A DNA stretch of 64,000 nt, taken from positions 224,442,001 to 224,506,000 of the forward strand of contig NC_086097.1 of NCBI RefSeq assembly GCF_963921235.1. Direction: 5' to 3'. Of the stretch, positions 62,143 to 64,000 are shown piece by piece. Position 1 is the first letter of the stretch, and each line of letters opens with the position of its first letter. This DNA comes from Mobula hypostoma (taxonomy: Eukaryota). A model generated the notes under the pieces. The model worked only from the letters and a program-made list of their open reading frames with translations. It was not told where the DNA came from and did not search any database. A program made the position numbers and the translations under genes.

Positions 62143-62250
62143 TTTCAGTCCTGATGAAGGAACTTGGCCTGAAGCACTGACTGTTTATTCCTCTGCAAAG
62201 ATGCTGTCTGATCTGCTGAGTTCCTCCAGAATTTTATGCTGTTGCTCTTG
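62143..62250 (+). mobile_element. Penelope-derived terminus with a partly decayed hammerhead (62147-62182), inside a Rex 3' fragment
   Basis: AGTC CTGATGA AGG aacttgg CCT GAAG cact GACT. Confidence 0.75.
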
Positions 62251-62668
62251 CTTACTGTTCATGCAGATGAACTCATTGGACAGTGCATTGAGGTAGATCA
62301 AGGTAAAACAATGATAATGCAGAATAAAGTGTAACAGCTGCACAGGAGGTGCAGTACAGGTAAACAGTATAGTGCACGATCATAACAGGGCAGATTGTAA
62401 AGTCAAGAATCCATTGAAATGTGCAAGAGCTCCATGCAAGAGTCTGATAACAGTGGGACAGAAGCTGCCCTTTAGCCGAGTGGTAAGTGCTTTCAGGCTT
62501 TTGTATCATCCGTCTGGGGTTGGTTGGATTTTCTTCCGTTGATTTGTCTTGCATGCAAATTTTAGTCACAACATTTCGCTGCAAGGATCTTAATAAATCC
62601 GCTTTCTTAGATTGAATGAAGTTTGATTGTTGTTATCAGTACTGTTCACTCGGTTCATGCATTACAGA

Positions 62669-64000
62669 TGGCATCAGTCTTCACTGAGGAAGACATCAGC
62701 AGTATACCAGACACTCAAGGGTGGCAGGGGAGAGAAGTGTGCACACTCACAATTACGACAGCGAAAGTACTCAGGAAGCTGAATAGTCTAAAGGTAGATA
62801 AATCTCCCGGACCAGATGGAATGCACCCTCGTGTTCTGAAGGAAGTAGCTGTGGAGATTGCGGAGGCATTAGCGATGATCTTTCAAAAGTCGATAGATTC
62901 TGGAATGGTTCTGGAGGACTGGAAGATTGCAAATGTCACTCCGCTATTTAAGAAGGGGGCAAGGAAGCAAAAAGGAAATTATAGACCTGTTAGCTTGATA
63001 TCGGTGGTTGGGAAGTTGTTGGAGTCAATTGTCAAGGATGAGGTTACAGAGTACCTGGAGGCATATGACAAGGTAGGCAGAACTCAGCATGGATTCCTTA
63101 AAGGAAAATCCTGCCTGACAAACCTATCACAATTTTTTTGAGGAAATTACAAGTAGGCTAGACAAGGGAGATGCAGTAGATGTTGTATATTTGGATTTTC
63201 AGAAGGCCTTTGACAAGGTGCCACACATGAGGCTACTTAACAAGATAAGAGCCCATGGAATTATGGGAAAGTTACATACATGGATAGAGCGTTGGCTGAT
63301 TGGCAGGAAACAGAGAGTGGGAATAAAGGGATCCTATTCTGGTTGGCTGCTGGTTACCAGTGGTGTTCCACAGGGGTCTGTGTTGGGGCCACTTCTTTTT
63401 ACATTGTACATCAACGATTTGGATTATGGAATAGATGGCTTTGTGGCTAAGTTTGCTGACGATACAAAGAAAGGTGGAGGGGCCGGTAGTGCTGAGGAAA
63501 CAGAGAGTCTGCAGAGAGACTTGGATAGATTGGAAGAATGGGCAAAGAAATGGCAAATGAAATACAATGTTGGAAAGTGTATGGTTATGCACTTTGGCAG
63601 AAGAAATAAATGGGCAGACTATTATTTAAATGGGGAAAGAATTCAAAGTTCTGAGATGCAACGGGACTTGGGAGTCCTCATACAGGATACCCTTAAGGTT
63701 AACCTCCAGGTTGAGTCGGTAGTGAAGAAGGCGAATGCAATGTTGGCATTCATTTCTAGAGGAATAGAGTATAGGAGCAGGGATGTGATGTTGAGGCTCT
63801 ATAAGGCGCTGGTGAGACCTCACTTGGAGTACTGTGGGCAGTTTTGGTCTCTTTATTTAAGAAAGGATGTGCTGACGTTGGAGAGGGTACAGAGAAGATA
63901 CACTAGAATGATTCCGGGAATGAGAGGGTTAACATATGAGGAATGTTTGTCCGCTCTTGGACTGTATTCCTTGGAGTTTAGAAGAATGAGGGGAGCCCTC
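62669..64000 (+). mobile_element. Young CR1 ORF2 RT, 5'-truncated, running off the window; frameshift near 63135
   Basis: DKSPGPDGMHPRVLKE...GNYRPVSL; YLDFQKAFDKVPH; GVPQGSVLGP; KFADDTK. Confidence 0.93.

Noticed and set aside
62623..63141. Host reverse transcriptase gene or active LINE
   Set aside because: 5'-truncated CR1 with a frameshift near 63135; the ORF start lies in flanking DNA

Overview
Eukaryotic, repeat-saturated vertebrate DNA. The mix of CR1, Rex1/Babar, Penelope-like and V-SINE repeats suggests a cartilaginous fish, probably a ray; this is an inference. Most ORF-track entries are retroelement debris. Main content: (1) a decayed Gypsy LTR element (2359-7588, minus) with a TAAG TSD, tRNA-Pro PBS, PNMA-like gag and integrase remnant, whose 5' LTR carries a Penelope insertion; (2) three young Penelope-like (RT + GIY-YIG) insertions, each with a 10-bp TSD and an intact minimal hammerhead ribozyme motif (CUGANGA...GAAAC GUC) near the 3' end, plus about 13 decayed or partial copies of that ribozyme-bearing terminus, several as inverted pairs; (3) deeply nested CR1, Rex1/Babar, RTE, Tc1, solo-LTR and probable Harbinger remnants; (4) a candidate unidentified minus-strand host gene of about six small coding exons (56357 to 26450), one of which has an old local duplicate destroyed by retro-insertions. 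Boundaries of old repeats are approximate, and nothing was checked against databases.
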